A stretch of 64,000 bases of DNA from Clostridia bacterium (GTDB lineage: Bacteria; Bacillota; Clostridia; UBA1212; UBA1255). Positions 36,036-46,202 of the stretch are shown here, piece by piece. The translations under genes were made by a program, and so were the position numbers. The notes beneath the pieces were generated by a model. That model saw only the letters and a program-made list of their open reading frames with translations, did not search any database and was not told the origin of the DNA. Positions within the stretch are counted from its first letter, which is position 1. Each line of letters begins with the position of its first letter. Location: NCBI GenBank assembly GCA_017517275.1, contig JAFWZX010000038.1, forward strand, positions 388 through 64,387. Direction: 5' to 3'.

Positions 36036-37100
36036 TTAAAAAATTATCACGAAAATTTTGGCCATTATGAATCCTATGATTCCGCATCCGGGAAACGTAA
36101 GTACCCAGGCAGCAACCATTTCCTTTACGATAGACCAATTAACTAAAGATAATCGTCTCGCAGCTCCTACTCCCATTATCGCCGTAGTTTTCGTGTGCGT
36201 TGTACTGACAGGCAATCCTGTTACAGATGCACATAACAAGCATGCTGCGCCGGCAATATCTGCAGCAAAACCCTGATACCGTTCCAGTTTAACCATATCC
36301 ATTCCTACGGATTTTATTATTTTATAACCACCAATAGACGTTCCTAAGGCCATTATGGCTGAAACAAGAATCATCAACCAGATCGGAATGGACGAGAAGC
36401 CTTGATTTGGCTGATAGGTTCCCTTAGCCAGCGTTTGTCCAAGCAAAAAAACACCGATGAATTTTAATCCGTCCTGAGCTCCGTGCATAAAAGCCATTGC
36501 TGCGCCGCCACATATCTGAGCCCCTTTAAAGAAACTGTCTGCCTTGCGTCTGTTAAAACCCTTGCAAATGGCAGTAATAAGCTTTGATGCTCCAAAGCCC
36601 ATTGCAAAACCGAGAACAGCCGATAAACCCAAACCGTAAATAACATTTATCCATTCATTCATATTGATGCCGGAAGCACCGCTCATAGCCATAGCCGCTC
36701 CTGTAATACCTGCAATCAAGGCATGACTCTCACTTGTAGGAATCCCAAAAAACCATGCTCCGACAGCCCATAAAACGATAGCAAATAAGGCGGCGCAAAG
36801 CGCAACCTGCGCTTTTTTATTATCGCCGCCAAAATCAACCATTTTATAAATCGTATCAGCAACTTTTTTGCTGAAAATCGACATAACAAGAACACCAAGA
36901 AAATTAAACACAGCCGCCATTAAGATAGCAGTCCGTGGTTTTAAGGAACGGGTAGATACTACGGTTGCAATAGCATTAGGGGCATCTGTCCAGCCGTTTA
37001 CAAGGATTACACCTAAGACCAACACGGTAGTTATAAGCAATGCCGGATTACTTATACACATTCCGAAAAACTCAATCATATTTCTTATTTCACCTATCAT
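36036..37100 (-). CDS. inorganic phosphate transporter, PiT family
   Basis: It has the PiT signature NGWTDAPNAIATVVSTR, and a second copy GAQDGLKFIGV/PVSTTHT. The start at MIGEIRN (37100) overlaps the HIT stop (TAATG). Confidence 0.85.
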   Translation of the reverse strand: MIGEIRNMIEFFGMCISNPALLITTVLVLGVILVNGWTDAPNAIATVVSTRSLKPRTAILMAAVFNFLGVLVMSIFSKKVADTIYKMVDFGGDNKKAQVALCAALFAIVLWAVGAWFFGIPTSESHALIAGITGAAMAMSGASGINMNEWINVIYGLGLSAVLGFAMGFGASKLITAICKGFNRRKADSFFKGAQICGGAAMAFMHGAQDGLKFIGVFLLGQTLAKGTYQPNQGFSSIPIWLMILVSAIMALGTSIGGYKIIKSVGMDMVKLERYQGFAADIAGAACLLCASVTGLPVSTTHTKTTAIMGVGAARRLSLVNWSIVKEMVAAWVLTFPGCGIIGFIMAKIFVIIF

Positions 37101-37444
37101 TATACTATCTTTTCTCCCATATCTCTGCCTGCAAGTATATGATAATGTATATGCGGTACGGATTGTTTCGCATCCCTTCCGCAATTATTTATTACTCTAA
37201 AACCACTTTCTGTAAGCTCCAACTGACGTGCAATCTTAGCTATCGCCAATTGAATCCTACCTAAATGAGACGCGTCATCTTCACTGAACGCCAAAACACT
37301 CGGAAGATGTTTCTTTGAGACTACCACTATATGTATTGGAGCCTGAGGATTGATATCGTAGAAAGCAAGACAATCCTCATCTTCGTATACTTTTTTGCAG
37401 GGTATCTCTCCTTTGATTATCTTACAAAAAATACAATCATTCAT
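37100..37444 (-). CDS. HIT-family (histidine triad) nucleotide hydrolase
   Basis: It carries CIFCKII... and the triad VPHIHYHILAG. The product is 114 aa. Confidence 0.9.
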   Translation of the reverse strand: MNDCIFCKIIKGEIPCKKVYEDEDCLAFYDINPQAPIHIVVVSKKHLPSVLAFSEDDASHLGRIQLAIAKIARQLELTESGFRVINNCGRDAKQSVPHIHYHILAGRDMGEKIV

Positions 37445-37457
37445 TTTATATCACCCT

Positions 37458-40085
37458 TTATGAAATAAACTCTTCTGCTCTTGAGATCATTTCGTCAATC
37501 TTTTCAGGAGCCTTACCTCCTGCTTGAGCCATATCGGGACGTCCGCCTCCGCCACCCTGGCAAATTGCAGCAGCCTTTTTAACCACAACGGAGCAGTTGA
37601 TTTTCCTTTCAACGGCTGATTTTGTAGCCATAGCTACAATTGTCACTTTGCCTTCAGCGCCTGAGGCAACAAGTGCAACACCGCAATCCAGCTTATCTCT
37701 GATTGCTTCACACATTTCACGAAGTCCGTCTGAGCCAAGTGAATCAAAGCGAGCGGCAACAATACTTACGTCTCCAACTTTCTTTGCACCTGCAATTAAG
37801 TCGTCTATATTAGAACCGGCTGCAGCCTTCTTTACCTGCTCAAGTTCTTTTGCAAGCTGCTTATTCTCAGCAATCAAGTCCGCAACTTTCGTTGGAACTG
37901 TGAAATAATCAGATTTGATGCTATCTGCTGTCTGAGCTAAAGCACTTTCATATGATTTATAAATGTTTCTTGCAACGTTACCTGTCACGGCCTCTATTCT
38001 GCGCACACCGGCAGCAACAGCGCTTTCTTTTACAATCTTAAAAAGACCTATTGCAGACGTATTCTTTACATGAGTACCGCCACACAGCTCCACACTATAA
38101 TCGCCCATGTTTACAACTCTTACATTTTTGCCGTACTTTTCCCCAAACAAAGCCATAGCTCCTGATTTTTTTGCTTCTTCCACGTCCATAACTTTTGTTA
38201 CCACGTCATAGTGCGCATAGATAGCTTCGTTTACAAGTTCCTCTACCTTTGCCAATTCTTCTGCTGTTACAGCCTGCAGATTATTAAAGTCAAATCTAAG
38301 TCTGTCTTCATTTACAGAAGAACCCGCCTGATGAACGTGATCACCAAGTACTGTGCGAAGCGCCTTTTGAAGTAAGTGAGTTGCACTGTGGTTTCCTTCC
38401 GTAGCATACCTTTTGGCCTTATCGATAGACATTGTTACCTGCTGACCTACAGCCAAAGTTCCTTCTGTTATATTGCCTATATGCTTGAACTTACCGTCTT
38501 CTGTCTTTGTTGTATCTGTAACAACAACAGTTACATAGTCATTTTCAATAATACCTGTATCAGCAGTTTGTCCGCCGCTTGTAGCGTAGAAAGGTGTCTT
38601 GTCGCATACGACTACAACGTTCTCGCCTGCGTTTGCTTCAGAAGTAAACTCGCCCTTTTCATTTATTATATACAAAACTGTTGCTTCACTGCTTTGTTTT
38701 TCATAGCCTTCAAAAACAGTCTGAGGACATTCTTTCGGCAATACGACTTCCTGGCCTGCCCATGAGGTATCTCTCTTGATTGCATCCCTCGCCATCTGTC
38801 TTTGAATACTCATTTGAGCCTTGAAGCCTTCTTCATCAACCTGAATACCTGCTTCTGCGCAAATATTTCTTGTCAGGTCAAGAGGGAAACCGTACGTATC
38901 GTGAAGCTTAAATGCTACGTCGCCCGGCAAAATCTTTTGCGAATCACTCTTCTCAATCTCACTTATAAATCCGTCAAGCATGTTCATTCCGGCTTCAATT
39001 GTAGAAGCAAATCTATCTTCTTCCGTCTTAATAACCTTCTTGATATATGCCTGTTTTTCTTTGAGTTCCGGATATGCTCCGCAAGACAGCTCAATTACAA
39101 CGTCGCAAAGTTCGTATAAGAAACAACCCTTGATACCAAGCTTTCTTCCGTGTCGGGCAGCGCCTCTTAACAATCTTCTGAGAACGTAGCCTTTACCTTC
39201 ATTGGAAGGAATAACGCCGTCGCTTATCATCATAACAGTACTTCTGATGTGATCAGTAATTACACGGATAGAAACGTCGTTTTGTGTGTCGTCTCCGTAA
39301 TTTTTGCCGGAAAGTTCACACACTGTATCGATAATCTTTCTGATTGTATCTACTTCAAACATGTTGTCAACATCCTGCATTACGCAAGCAAGTCTTTCAA
39401 GACCCATACCCGTATCAATATTTGGGTGAGCAAGTTTTAAGTATGAGCCATCCTTTTGCTGATCAAACTGCGTAAAAACAAGATTCCAAATTTCAATAAA
39501 TCTGTCGCAGTCGCACCCAACGCCACAGTCAGGGCTACCGCAACCGTATTTTTCTCCTCTGTCGTAATGAATTTCAGAATCCGGACCGCAAGGACCGAGC
39601 CCAAGCTCCCAGAAGTTCTCTTCTTTACCTTGTCTTTTAATCTTATAAGCCGGAATTCCAACTTCTTTTGTCCAAATGTCAAAAGCCTCGTCATCATCTT
39701 CATAAATAGTAACCCACAGCTTTTCACCCGGAATCTCCATAACTTCCGTCAAAAATTCCCATGCCCATGTAATAGCTTCTCTCTTAAAATAATCTCCAAA
39801 AGAAAAATTACCCAGCATTTCAAAGAAAGTTCCGTGTCTTGCCGTCTTACCTACGTTGTCAATATCAGGAGTTCTTATACATTTCTGACATGTTGTAACT
39901 CTCTTGCAAGGAGGTGTTTGTGTGCCTAGAAAGTACGGCTTAAGCGGTGCCATACCTGCATTTATAAGTAAAAGGCTGGGATCATTTTGCGGCACAAGTG
40001 AAAAGCTTGGCAATCTCAGGTGCTGCTTTGATTCAAAAAATGCTAAATATTTTTCTCTAATTGTATTTAAACTAAGTTTTTCCAT
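37458..40085 (-). CDS. alaS: alanine--tRNA ligase
   Basis: The product is 875 aa. It has the N-terminus FFESKQHLRLPSFSLVP, the class II core FEMLGNFSFGDYFK, the editing domain HSATHLL...CGGTHV, and a C-terminal DHHA1 domain (GGGGRPDMAQAGG). Confidence 0.95.
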   Translation of the reverse strand: MEKLSLNTIREKYLAFFESKQHLRLPSFSLVPQNDPSLLLINAGMAPLKPYFLGTQTPPCKRVTTCQKCIRTPDIDNVGKTARHGTFFEMLGNFSFGDYFKREAITWAWEFLTEVMEIPGEKLWVTIYEDDDEAFDIWTKEVGIPAYKIKRQGKEENFWELGLGPCGPDSEIHYDRGEKYGCGSPDCGVGCDCDRFIEIWNLVFTQFDQQKDGSYLKLAHPNIDTGMGLERLACVMQDVDNMFEVDTIRKIIDTVCELSGKNYGDDTQNDVSIRVITDHIRSTVMMISDGVIPSNEGKGYVLRRLLRGAARHGRKLGIKGCFLYELCDVVIELSCGAYPELKEKQAYIKKVIKTEEDRFASTIEAGMNMLDGFISEIEKSDSQKILPGDVAFKLHDTYGFPLDLTRNICAEAGIQVDEEGFKAQMSIQRQMARDAIKRDTSWAGQEVVLPKECPQTVFEGYEKQSSEATVLYIINEKGEFTSEANAGENVVVVCDKTPFYATSGGQTADTGIIENDYVTVVVTDTTKTEDGKFKHIGNITEGTLAVGQQVTMSIDKAKRYATEGNHSATHLLQKALRTVLGDHVHQAGSSVNEDRLRFDFNNLQAVTAEELAKVEELVNEAIYAHYDVVTKVMDVEEAKKSGAMALFGEKYGKNVRVVNMGDYSVELCGGTHVKNTSAIGLFKIVKESAVAAGVRRIEAVTGNVARNIYKSYESALAQTADSIKSDYFTVPTKVADLIAENKQLAKELEQVKKAAAGSNIDDLIAGAKKVGDVSIVAARFDSLGSDGLREMCEAIRDKLDCGVALVASGAEGKVTIVAMATKSAVERKINCSVVVKKAAAICQGGGGGRPDMAQAGGKAPEKIDEMISRAEEFIS

Positions 40086-40108
40086 TATTTATTTTCTCCT
40101 TTACTGAA

Positions 40109-41302
40109 TTATTTACCTGTAGCTTCTTTATAAAGCGCCGCAAAGGCTTCTTTAGACCCGGTAATTTGACTCATTGATACGCAATATGCAATTCTGAAAT
40201 AGCCGGGGTACCCAAAGCCCTTACCACTTACAATTACTATATTATGTTTAAGTGCCATATCGCAAAAAGCGCCGTCATCTTCTATAGGAGACTTTACAAA
40301 CAGATAAAAAGCTCCTTTCGGAAGAGTGCACTCAAAACCGATATCTGTTAGAATTTTGTAAAATACGTCTCTTCGTTCCTTATATGAATCAAGGCCTACA
40401 ACGTCATCAAGATGATCTGCTACCAACTTTTGGAAAAGCGACGGTGCATTTACAAAGCCCAGGGTACGATTTGAATAAATAAGCGCATCAACCAGTATAT
40501 CAGAATCTTTGATAAGAGGATTAACCGCAACGTAGCCTATACGTTCGCCCGGAAGAGACAATGATTTACTGAATGAATTTACAATAATCGCATTATCAAA
40601 GATAGATGCAACTTCAGGAATCTGAACGTTATCATATGAAACCTTTACATACGGCTCGTCTGATACAACGTATATCGGCTGTCCGTATTTTGTCTCTGCG
40701 CCAAGAAGTACCGAATTAAGTTTGAGCAAATCCTCCTCAGGATATACTGCACCGCTTGGGTTATTGGGTGAATTGATTATGATAGCCTTAGTCTTTGCCG
40801 TAATAGCATTACCGATCGCATCTATATCAAGCTGGAAAGTACCGGGAATCGCACGCACAGGAACTATAACACCGCCATATTGTGTTACGTATGACCTGTA
40901 TTCGCCAAAAAACGGTGCTATAACGATAACCTCGTCTCCCGGATTTAATATTGAATTCATAGTAATCGTAAGTCCCGCAGCCGCGCCTGTACACATAATA
41001 ATGTGTCTGGCTTCGAAAGCAACGTCAGTCTTATTCTTCATAAAATCAGCAATCTTCTGCCTTACATCGGCATGTCCTGCATTTGCCATATATTTATGAA
41101 TATCCGGCTGTGAAACAAGTGCTTTCATATCCTCAATTATCTCCGCAGACGGTTCTAAATCAGGATTGCCAAGTGCAAAATCATACACGTTTTCAGGACC
41201 GTAGAGCTTTTTTAAAGCGTTACCCTGTTCAAACATCGCGCGTATCATTGAGCCTGAAGCTAAACTTTTTACGATTCTTTCGGAAAACATACTATTTACC
41301 AA
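40109..41302 (-). CDS. class I/II pyridoxal-phosphate aminotransferase (aspartate aminotransferase-like)
   Basis: The PLP-Lys motif is in NSFSKSLSLPGERIGY, with NPSGAVY as well. The product is 397 aa. Confidence 0.8.
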   Translation of the reverse strand: MVNSMFSERIVKSLASGSMIRAMFEQGNALKKLYGPENVYDFALGNPDLEPSAEIIEDMKALVSQPDIHKYMANAGHADVRQKIADFMKNKTDVAFEARHIIMCTGAAAGLTITMNSILNPGDEVIVIAPFFGEYRSYVTQYGGVIVPVRAIPGTFQLDIDAIGNAITAKTKAIIINSPNNPSGAVYPEEDLLKLNSVLLGAETKYGQPIYVVSDEPYVKVSYDNVQIPEVASIFDNAIIVNSFSKSLSLPGERIGYVAVNPLIKDSDILVDALIYSNRTLGFVNAPSLFQKLVADHLDDVVGLDSYKERRDVFYKILTDIGFECTLPKGAFYLFVKSPIEDDGAFCDMALKHNIVIVSGKGFGYPGYFRIAYCVSMSQITGSKEAFAALYKEATGK

Positions 41303-41324
41303 ACCTTTCAGAATTCAATATGAG

Positions 41325-41981
41325 TTACTGTTTACTTTTCATCAGTGAAATAAGTCCTTTGGGATCATCAGACGTGAAGATTGCATTGCCTGCAACCAAC
41401 ACGTTCGCGCCGGCATTTACTACTTTGCTGTACGTGTTTGCATCAACGCCACCGTCGACTTCAATATCCATATCAGGATAACCTTCTCTGATGCACATCT
41501 GTCTGCAATCTGCAATTTTCTGCGTAACGACAGGAATATATGATTGAGCACCAAAACCGGGATTAACCGACATGATAAGGATCATATCAATGTCAGGTAA
41601 AATATATTTGAGTGTCTCAACGTTTGTCATAGGATTAAGCGCGACACCGGCTTTGATGCCGTGCTTTTTAATCATTTGGATTACTCTGTGAAGATGTACG
41701 CAAGCTTCCTGATGCACAGTGATTATATCGGCACCGGCATTAACAAATTCATCTATATACTTCTCAGGATTCTCAATCATAAGATGCACGTCAAACGGAA
41801 GCTTTGTAACTTTCCTGAGTTTCTTTACTACCGGCATACCTAAAGTAATATTAGGTACAAAATGGCCATCCATTACGTCTATATGAATAAGGTCAGCTCC
41901 CGCTGCCTCCACACTTGTGATTTCCTCTCCCAGCTTTGAAAAGTCAGCTGATAATATTGAAGGTGATACTCTAACGTCCAT
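41325..41981 (-). CDS. rpe: ribulose-phosphate 3-epimerase
   Basis: It carries SPSILSADF, HIDVMDGHFVPN, DVHLM and VDGGV. The product is 218 aa. Confidence 0.93.
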   Translation of the reverse strand: MDVRVSPSILSADFSKLGEEITSVEAAGADLIHIDVMDGHFVPNITLGMPVVKKLRKVTKLPFDVHLMIENPEKYIDEFVNAGADIITVHQEACVHLHRVIQMIKKHGIKAGVALNPMTNVETLKYILPDIDMILIMSVNPGFGAQSYIPVVTQKIADCRQMCIREGYPDMDIEVDGGVDANTYSKVVNAGANVLVAGNAIFTSDDPKGLISLMKSKQ

Positions 41982-42000
41982 ATCTACATCCCTTTCACTA

Positions 42001-42915
42001 TTACTTATATTTGTTCTTATTCTTTATAACCAGCTCGTTATAAATCTCTACGTATCGTCTATATCGATCGGAAGACAAATCTCCTCTTTCCAGAGTATCC
42101 ACGACAACACACCCCGGCTCTCCGGTATGACTGCAGTCTTGGAATCTGCACGAGCCATTCTTTGTATTATACATCTCCGGATAGTAATTTGACAAGTCTT
42201 CAGGCGGAATCATTTCTATGTCGTACATGCTAAAACCGGGAGAATCGATGATCAACGTTTTATCAGCAAAAACTCCTTGTTCCGGTATAAATATTTCTGA
42301 ATGTCTTGTGGTATGTCTTCCTCGATCTGTCTTATTACTTAAATCCCCTGTTTGCATCGCTTTTATACCGAGCATATGATTCAAAAGAGTAGATTTACCC
42401 ACCCCGGATTGGCCTGCAAGGACACATGTAAAGCCTTCAATCTCACCTTTTATCTCATCGATACCTGTTCCGTCTACATTATTTGCCACGATGCATTTAA
42501 CTGCCTTTGAGTAGCATGTGAAAACATTCTGTGCAAACGTGAAGTCCTGATCCGACTTGTTGATAATCAATACAGGTTCAACGTTGTTCATAAAAGCTGT
42601 AATCAACATTTTGTCTACCAGCATAAAATCTGCAGCAGGTTTTTTCGAGGCTATAACTATTATCAGTTTATCAATATTGGCAACGTCAGGTCTGTAAAAT
42701 CTATTTTTACGTGTAAAAAAGGACGATATTGTCGCTTTTTTGCCAATATCGTCACATTCCGTTATTTCAACTCTGTCACCGGGAAGCGGTTTAAATTTTT
42801 CTTTTCTGAATATACCTCGGACGTTACATTCGTAGATATTCCCCTCCGAATATACAAAATAGAGTCCGCCTATTCCTTTTAAAATTATACCTTCTTTAAT
42901 AGTCTGCATACACAT
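42001..42915 (-). CDS. rsgA: ribosome small-subunit-dependent GTPase A
   Basis: It has a circularly permuted GTPase layout (INKSD before GQSGVGKSTLLN) and a C-terminal zinc motif CRFQDCSHTGEPGC. The start may be the Met at 42909. Confidence 0.9.
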   Translation of the reverse strand: MCMQTIKEGIILKGIGGLYFVYSEGNIYECNVRGIFRKEKFKPLPGDRVEITECDDIGKKATISSFFTRKNRFYRPDVANIDKLIIVIASKKPAADFMLVDKMLITAFMNNVEPVLIINKSDQDFTFAQNVFTCYSKAVKCIVANNVDGTGIDEIKGEIEGFTCVLAGQSGVGKSTLLNHMLGIKAMQTGDLSNKTDRGRHTTRHSEIFIPEQGVFADKTLIIDSPGFSMYDIEMIPPEDLSNYYPEMYNTKNGSCRFQDCSHTGEPGCVVVDTLERGDLSSDRYRRYVEIYNELVIKNKNKYK

Positions 42916-45442
42916 ATTTTATTTCATACAATTGAGCTGTAATCGCGTTAGCTCCCATATACACCGTTACCTTTGTATGTTCTCCTAAGACAGATACAGG
43001 TACGTTGAATTGAAGCGGGAATTGACCTGCCTCGACAATAGCACCACCACCAAGAGGGAATGACTTAGTTCCGTTGAAATCCTCAACCTCCGCATAAATA
43101 TAATATGAGGTAAATCCTGCCATCATCGGATCTTCTATAGACACTGTTTTATATTGTGTAAGCAAAGATAAATCGTGATAGAAGTATACGTGAACAGTTT
43201 CATTTGCCAGAACTGTCTGATATGCCCCGGGATACTGGTTCACAACCGTTAAGGATGCGTAATTAGGAGTAGGAGTAAGTTCCGGCGTAATATCCGGCGT
43301 AATATCCGGCGTAATATCGGGTGTAATATCGGGCGTAATATCGGGTGTAATATCAGGTGTAACATCGGGTGTCGTACCGGGAGTAACATCTAATGGCGGC
43401 TCCGGAGTTGTTAATCCGGGTGTTGTCTCAGGAGTCTGCTCTAAACCAGGCAAAGCCGGTGTAGCATCATTGAGTATGATAGGTTCATCGCTTGGTTCCG
43501 GAGTATTTTCATCCGGCTTGTCATTATCCCCCGGATTATCTGTAGTATCGGGTTCAACACTCGTACCAGGTGTGGAATTTTGCGGATCCTCAGTAGGATT
43601 CTGTACGTCAGGAGTAGCATTAGGATCAAGAGTCGGCGTAGGAGATACGATCTCGGGTGTGCTGTATAAGCCGTCTACGACTGTTCCCGGTTCAGGGAAT
43701 ACAACACCTAACTTCAGATTTATCTTCTTAAGTGCAGCTTCTGCCTCTTCAAGAGTCATCCCAGTAAGATCCGGCACATTCACGTATGAATATCTTGTGC
43801 CTGCACTGTAATATACAATAATTTCCGCACCGGGAGTTATAATAGAGCCGGCTTTAGGACTTGTGCGAATAACAAGAGAATTATTTACTTTGCTACTGTA
43901 AACTGCTTTATAACGGACTACTGCACCGTTCTCTTCAAGTTTTGTACCAATTTCTTTATAGTCTTTCTTAGAAGCAGAGTAATCATCAAGAACGAAAGAG
44001 CCCTCCACACTTGATACACTGAAGGTTATTCTTAGGTTACTCTTAAGTTCTGTCCCCTTCGGTACGTCCTGACCAATAATATATCCGCTGGGATACTTGT
44101 CTGTTTCTACAAGAACCTTGTCCACGTTAACGTCGAATTCTTCCAGCGCTGCCTCCACAGCATTAATCTGCATTCCGGTATAGTCTTGAATGTATACCTT
44201 TGTATCAACAAACTGTATGATGTTGTCCTTTGCAGCTTCGTATCTGTTGTGTATAAAATATATACCGACAATGCCGACTATAATAGCTATGGCATAAGTT
44301 ATCGTAGCAAATACAATTCTTCTTACACTAAGGTCTCCCGAAAGCACTTCCTCGTCTTCATAGGTATAATCATCAGTGGTATTTTCCGCCTCTTCAAATC
44401 CCTCTTCTGCTTCCGATTTATTAACAATAGGAACTATCACTTCCTCGTCTTCTGCTTCATTAGCTTCTTCAAAGAAATCATCGTCATCTACAAATTCATA
44501 TTGTGAATTATCTCCATTGTCACCATAGGAAATATCTTCGTTAGATATTTTCACAGGTTCAAGTTTTACATCATGTGTTGTAGGAATTGTGCTCAAGAAT
44601 GATGTGTACGGTACATTCAAAACTTTCTCCAATCTAAGCAACATGTCCTTAGCTGATTGGAATCTCATTGCAGGGTCTTTCTTTGTTGCAAGTACGATAA
44701 GATCGCTCACTCCACGTGGTATACCCGGATCGACCTCATGCGGGGGCGTTATCTTCCCGTCAATGTGCTTTAGTGCAATTGAAACGTGGGAATCACCATC
44801 AAACGGAGCCGTTCCGGTTACCATCTCATACATCATGATGCCTGTAGAATACAAATCAGTACGTTCATCTACAAATCCGCCTCTTGCTTGTTCGGGTGAA
44901 AGATAATGTACGCTTCCGGCGCTGTCGGGTGTTGCCGATTTTGTAGCTCCTGATACTGCCTTAGCAATACCAAAATCTGCTAATTTAACCACCCCGCCCG
45001 GTGTAAGCATAATATTTTGAGGTTTTATGTCTCTGTGTATTATTTTATGTTCGTGAGCGTGATCTAACGCAGTTAATATCTGTCCCGTAATATTGAGAGT
45101 ATCTCTCCATTTAAGAGAATGCTTTGCTATAATATATTCCTTAAGTGTAATGCCTTCTATTAACTCCATTACAATATAATGCGTATCTCCGTCGCACCCC
45201 ACGTCATATATCTCAACAATGTAAGGATGTGACAAATTTTTAGCAGCATTGGCTTCATTATTAAACCGTCTAATAAAGTCCTCGTCAGTACAAAATTCTT
45301 CTTTCAAAATTTTAACGGCAACAAAACGTTCTTCTATAGCATCTTTAGCTTTATAGACAACCGACATGCCACCGCAACCGATTTTCGACAGCAGTTTATA
45401 TCTATCATTTAAAAATCTACCTTCGTATGCGTCGTGAATCAC
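42896..45442 (-). CDS. prkC: Ser/Thr protein kinase with three PASTA domains, long Pro/Thr/Asp linker and C-terminal beta-rich domain (PrkC-type)
   Basis: It has the Hanks kinase motifs GCGGMSVVYKA, VAVK, HRDIKPQN, DFG and SPE. One TM helix, three PASTA-like units (e.g. VPDLTGMTLEEAEAALKK) and a (TPDI)n repeat follow. The product is 848 aa. Confidence 0.9.
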   Translation of the reverse strand: MIHDAYEGRFLNDRYKLLSKIGCGGMSVVYKAKDAIEERFVAVKILKEEFCTDEDFIRRFNNEANAAKNLSHPYIVEIYDVGCDGDTHYIVMELIEGITLKEYIIAKHSLKWRDTLNITGQILTALDHAHEHKIIHRDIKPQNIMLTPGGVVKLADFGIAKAVSGATKSATPDSAGSVHYLSPEQARGGFVDERTDLYSTGIMMYEMVTGTAPFDGDSHVSIALKHIDGKITPPHEVDPGIPRGVSDLIVLATKKDPAMRFQSAKDMLLRLEKVLNVPYTSFLSTIPTTHDVKLEPVKISNEDISYGDNGDNSQYEFVDDDDFFEEANEAEDEEVIVPIVNKSEAEEGFEEAENTTDDYTYEDEEVLSGDLSVRRIVFATITYAIAIIVGIVGIYFIHNRYEAAKDNIIQFVDTKVYIQDYTGMQINAVEAALEEFDVNVDKVLVETDKYPSGYIIGQDVPKGTELKSNLRITFSVSSVEGSFVLDDYSASKKDYKEIGTKLEENGAVVRYKAVYSSKVNNSLVIRTSPKAGSIITPGAEIIVYYSAGTRYSYVNVPDLTGMTLEEAEAALKKINLKLGVVFPEPGTVVDGLYSTPEIVSPTPTLDPNATPDVQNPTEDPQNSTPGTSVEPDTTDNPGDNDKPDENTPEPSDEPIILNDATPALPGLEQTPETTPGLTTPEPPLDVTPGTTPDVTPDITPDITPDITPDITPDITPDITPELTPTPNYASLTVVNQYPGAYQTVLANETVHVYFYHDLSLLTQYKTVSIEDPMMAGFTSYYIYAEVEDFNGTKSFPLGGGAIVEAGQFPLQFNVPVSVLGEHTKVTVYMGANAITAQLYEIKYVYADY
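43281..43376. repeat. about 8 x 12-bp in-frame tandem repeat (cggcgtaatatc-type) encoding TPDITPDITPDI...
   Basis: The sequence reads ccggcgtaatatccggcgtaatatccggcgtaatatcgggtgtaatatcgggcgtaatatcgggtgtaatatcaggtgtaacatcgggtgt. It lies inside the extracellular linker of prkC. Confidence 0.9.
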
Positions 45443-45463
45443 AATACATTTCCTCGCATTTCA

Positions 45464-46201
45464 TCATAACTTGATAAGAGCAACAGATATATTATCCGTA
45501 CCGCCTGCATTATTAGCTTTTTGTATTAATTCTTCGCAAGCATCAAATACGTTATTCTTTTCAATAATACTTGTTCGAATATCCTCGTCGCTGATCATAT
45601 TTGTAAGTCCGTCAGAACAAAGGAGCAGATAGCTCCCTTTTTTATATTCACCGACAAAAATATCAACCTCCACGTCTTCGCCTGCTCCAAGAGCTCTGGT
45701 TATCTCGTTCTTTCTCGGATGGTTCCTCGCATCAGTATCATCAATCAAACCCTGTTCAACTAAATACTGCACATATGAATGATCTCGCGTAATTTGCTTG
45801 ATCTCTTGATCTTCAACAGCATATGCTCTGGAGTCTCCTACATTTGCAATCATAAAGAACTTCTCAGTAACAGCAGCCACAACAAGAGTCGTACCCATGC
45901 CTTTGAGTGCTGAATTAATCTGCGCTCTTTTATAAATAAGCGAATTGGCTTTCTTTATCGTGTGAACAATAAATCGTTCTAAGCCTTTATCGCTGTCAAC
46001 GTCAAAGAAATCCTTAGAGGCATCAATAAAAGTGATTGCAGCCATAGAGCTGGCAATTTCTCCGGCATTATGGCCGCCCATGCCGTCTGCAACGAAAAAG
46101 AAAGCAATTTCATATTTATCTGCAACGTGATACCCGCAAAAGTCCTGATTTGCGTTTCTCTTGTTTCCTATATCCGTTCTGGTGCAAAAATTTAATATCA
46201 A
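45464..46201 (-). CDS. PP2C-family Ser/Thr phosphatase (Stp/PrpC)
   Basis: It has the motifs RNANQD, VADGMGGH and GGTDNISV. It lies directly downstream of rlmN and upstream of prkC, as in other Firmicutes. Confidence 0.9.
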   Translation of the reverse strand: MILNFCTRTDIGNKRNANQDFCGYHVADKYEIAFFFVADGMGGHNAGEIASSMAAITFIDASKDFFDVDSDKGLERFIVHTIKKANSLIYKRAQINSALKGMGTTLVVAAVTEKFFMIANVGDSRAYAVEDQEIKQITRDHSYVQYLVEQGLIDDTDARNHPRKNEITRALGAGEDVEVDIFVGEYKKGSYLLLCSDGLTNMISDEDIRTSIIEKNNVFDACEELIQKANNAGGTDNISVALIKL

Positions 46202-46202
46202 A

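Noticed and set aside
43281-43376. A regular 12-bp repeat array, checked as a possible CRISPR or minisatellite outside genes.
   Set aside because: There are no spacers, and the units are contiguous and in frame within prkC (TPDI repeats). It is a coding tandem repeat, not a CRISPR array.
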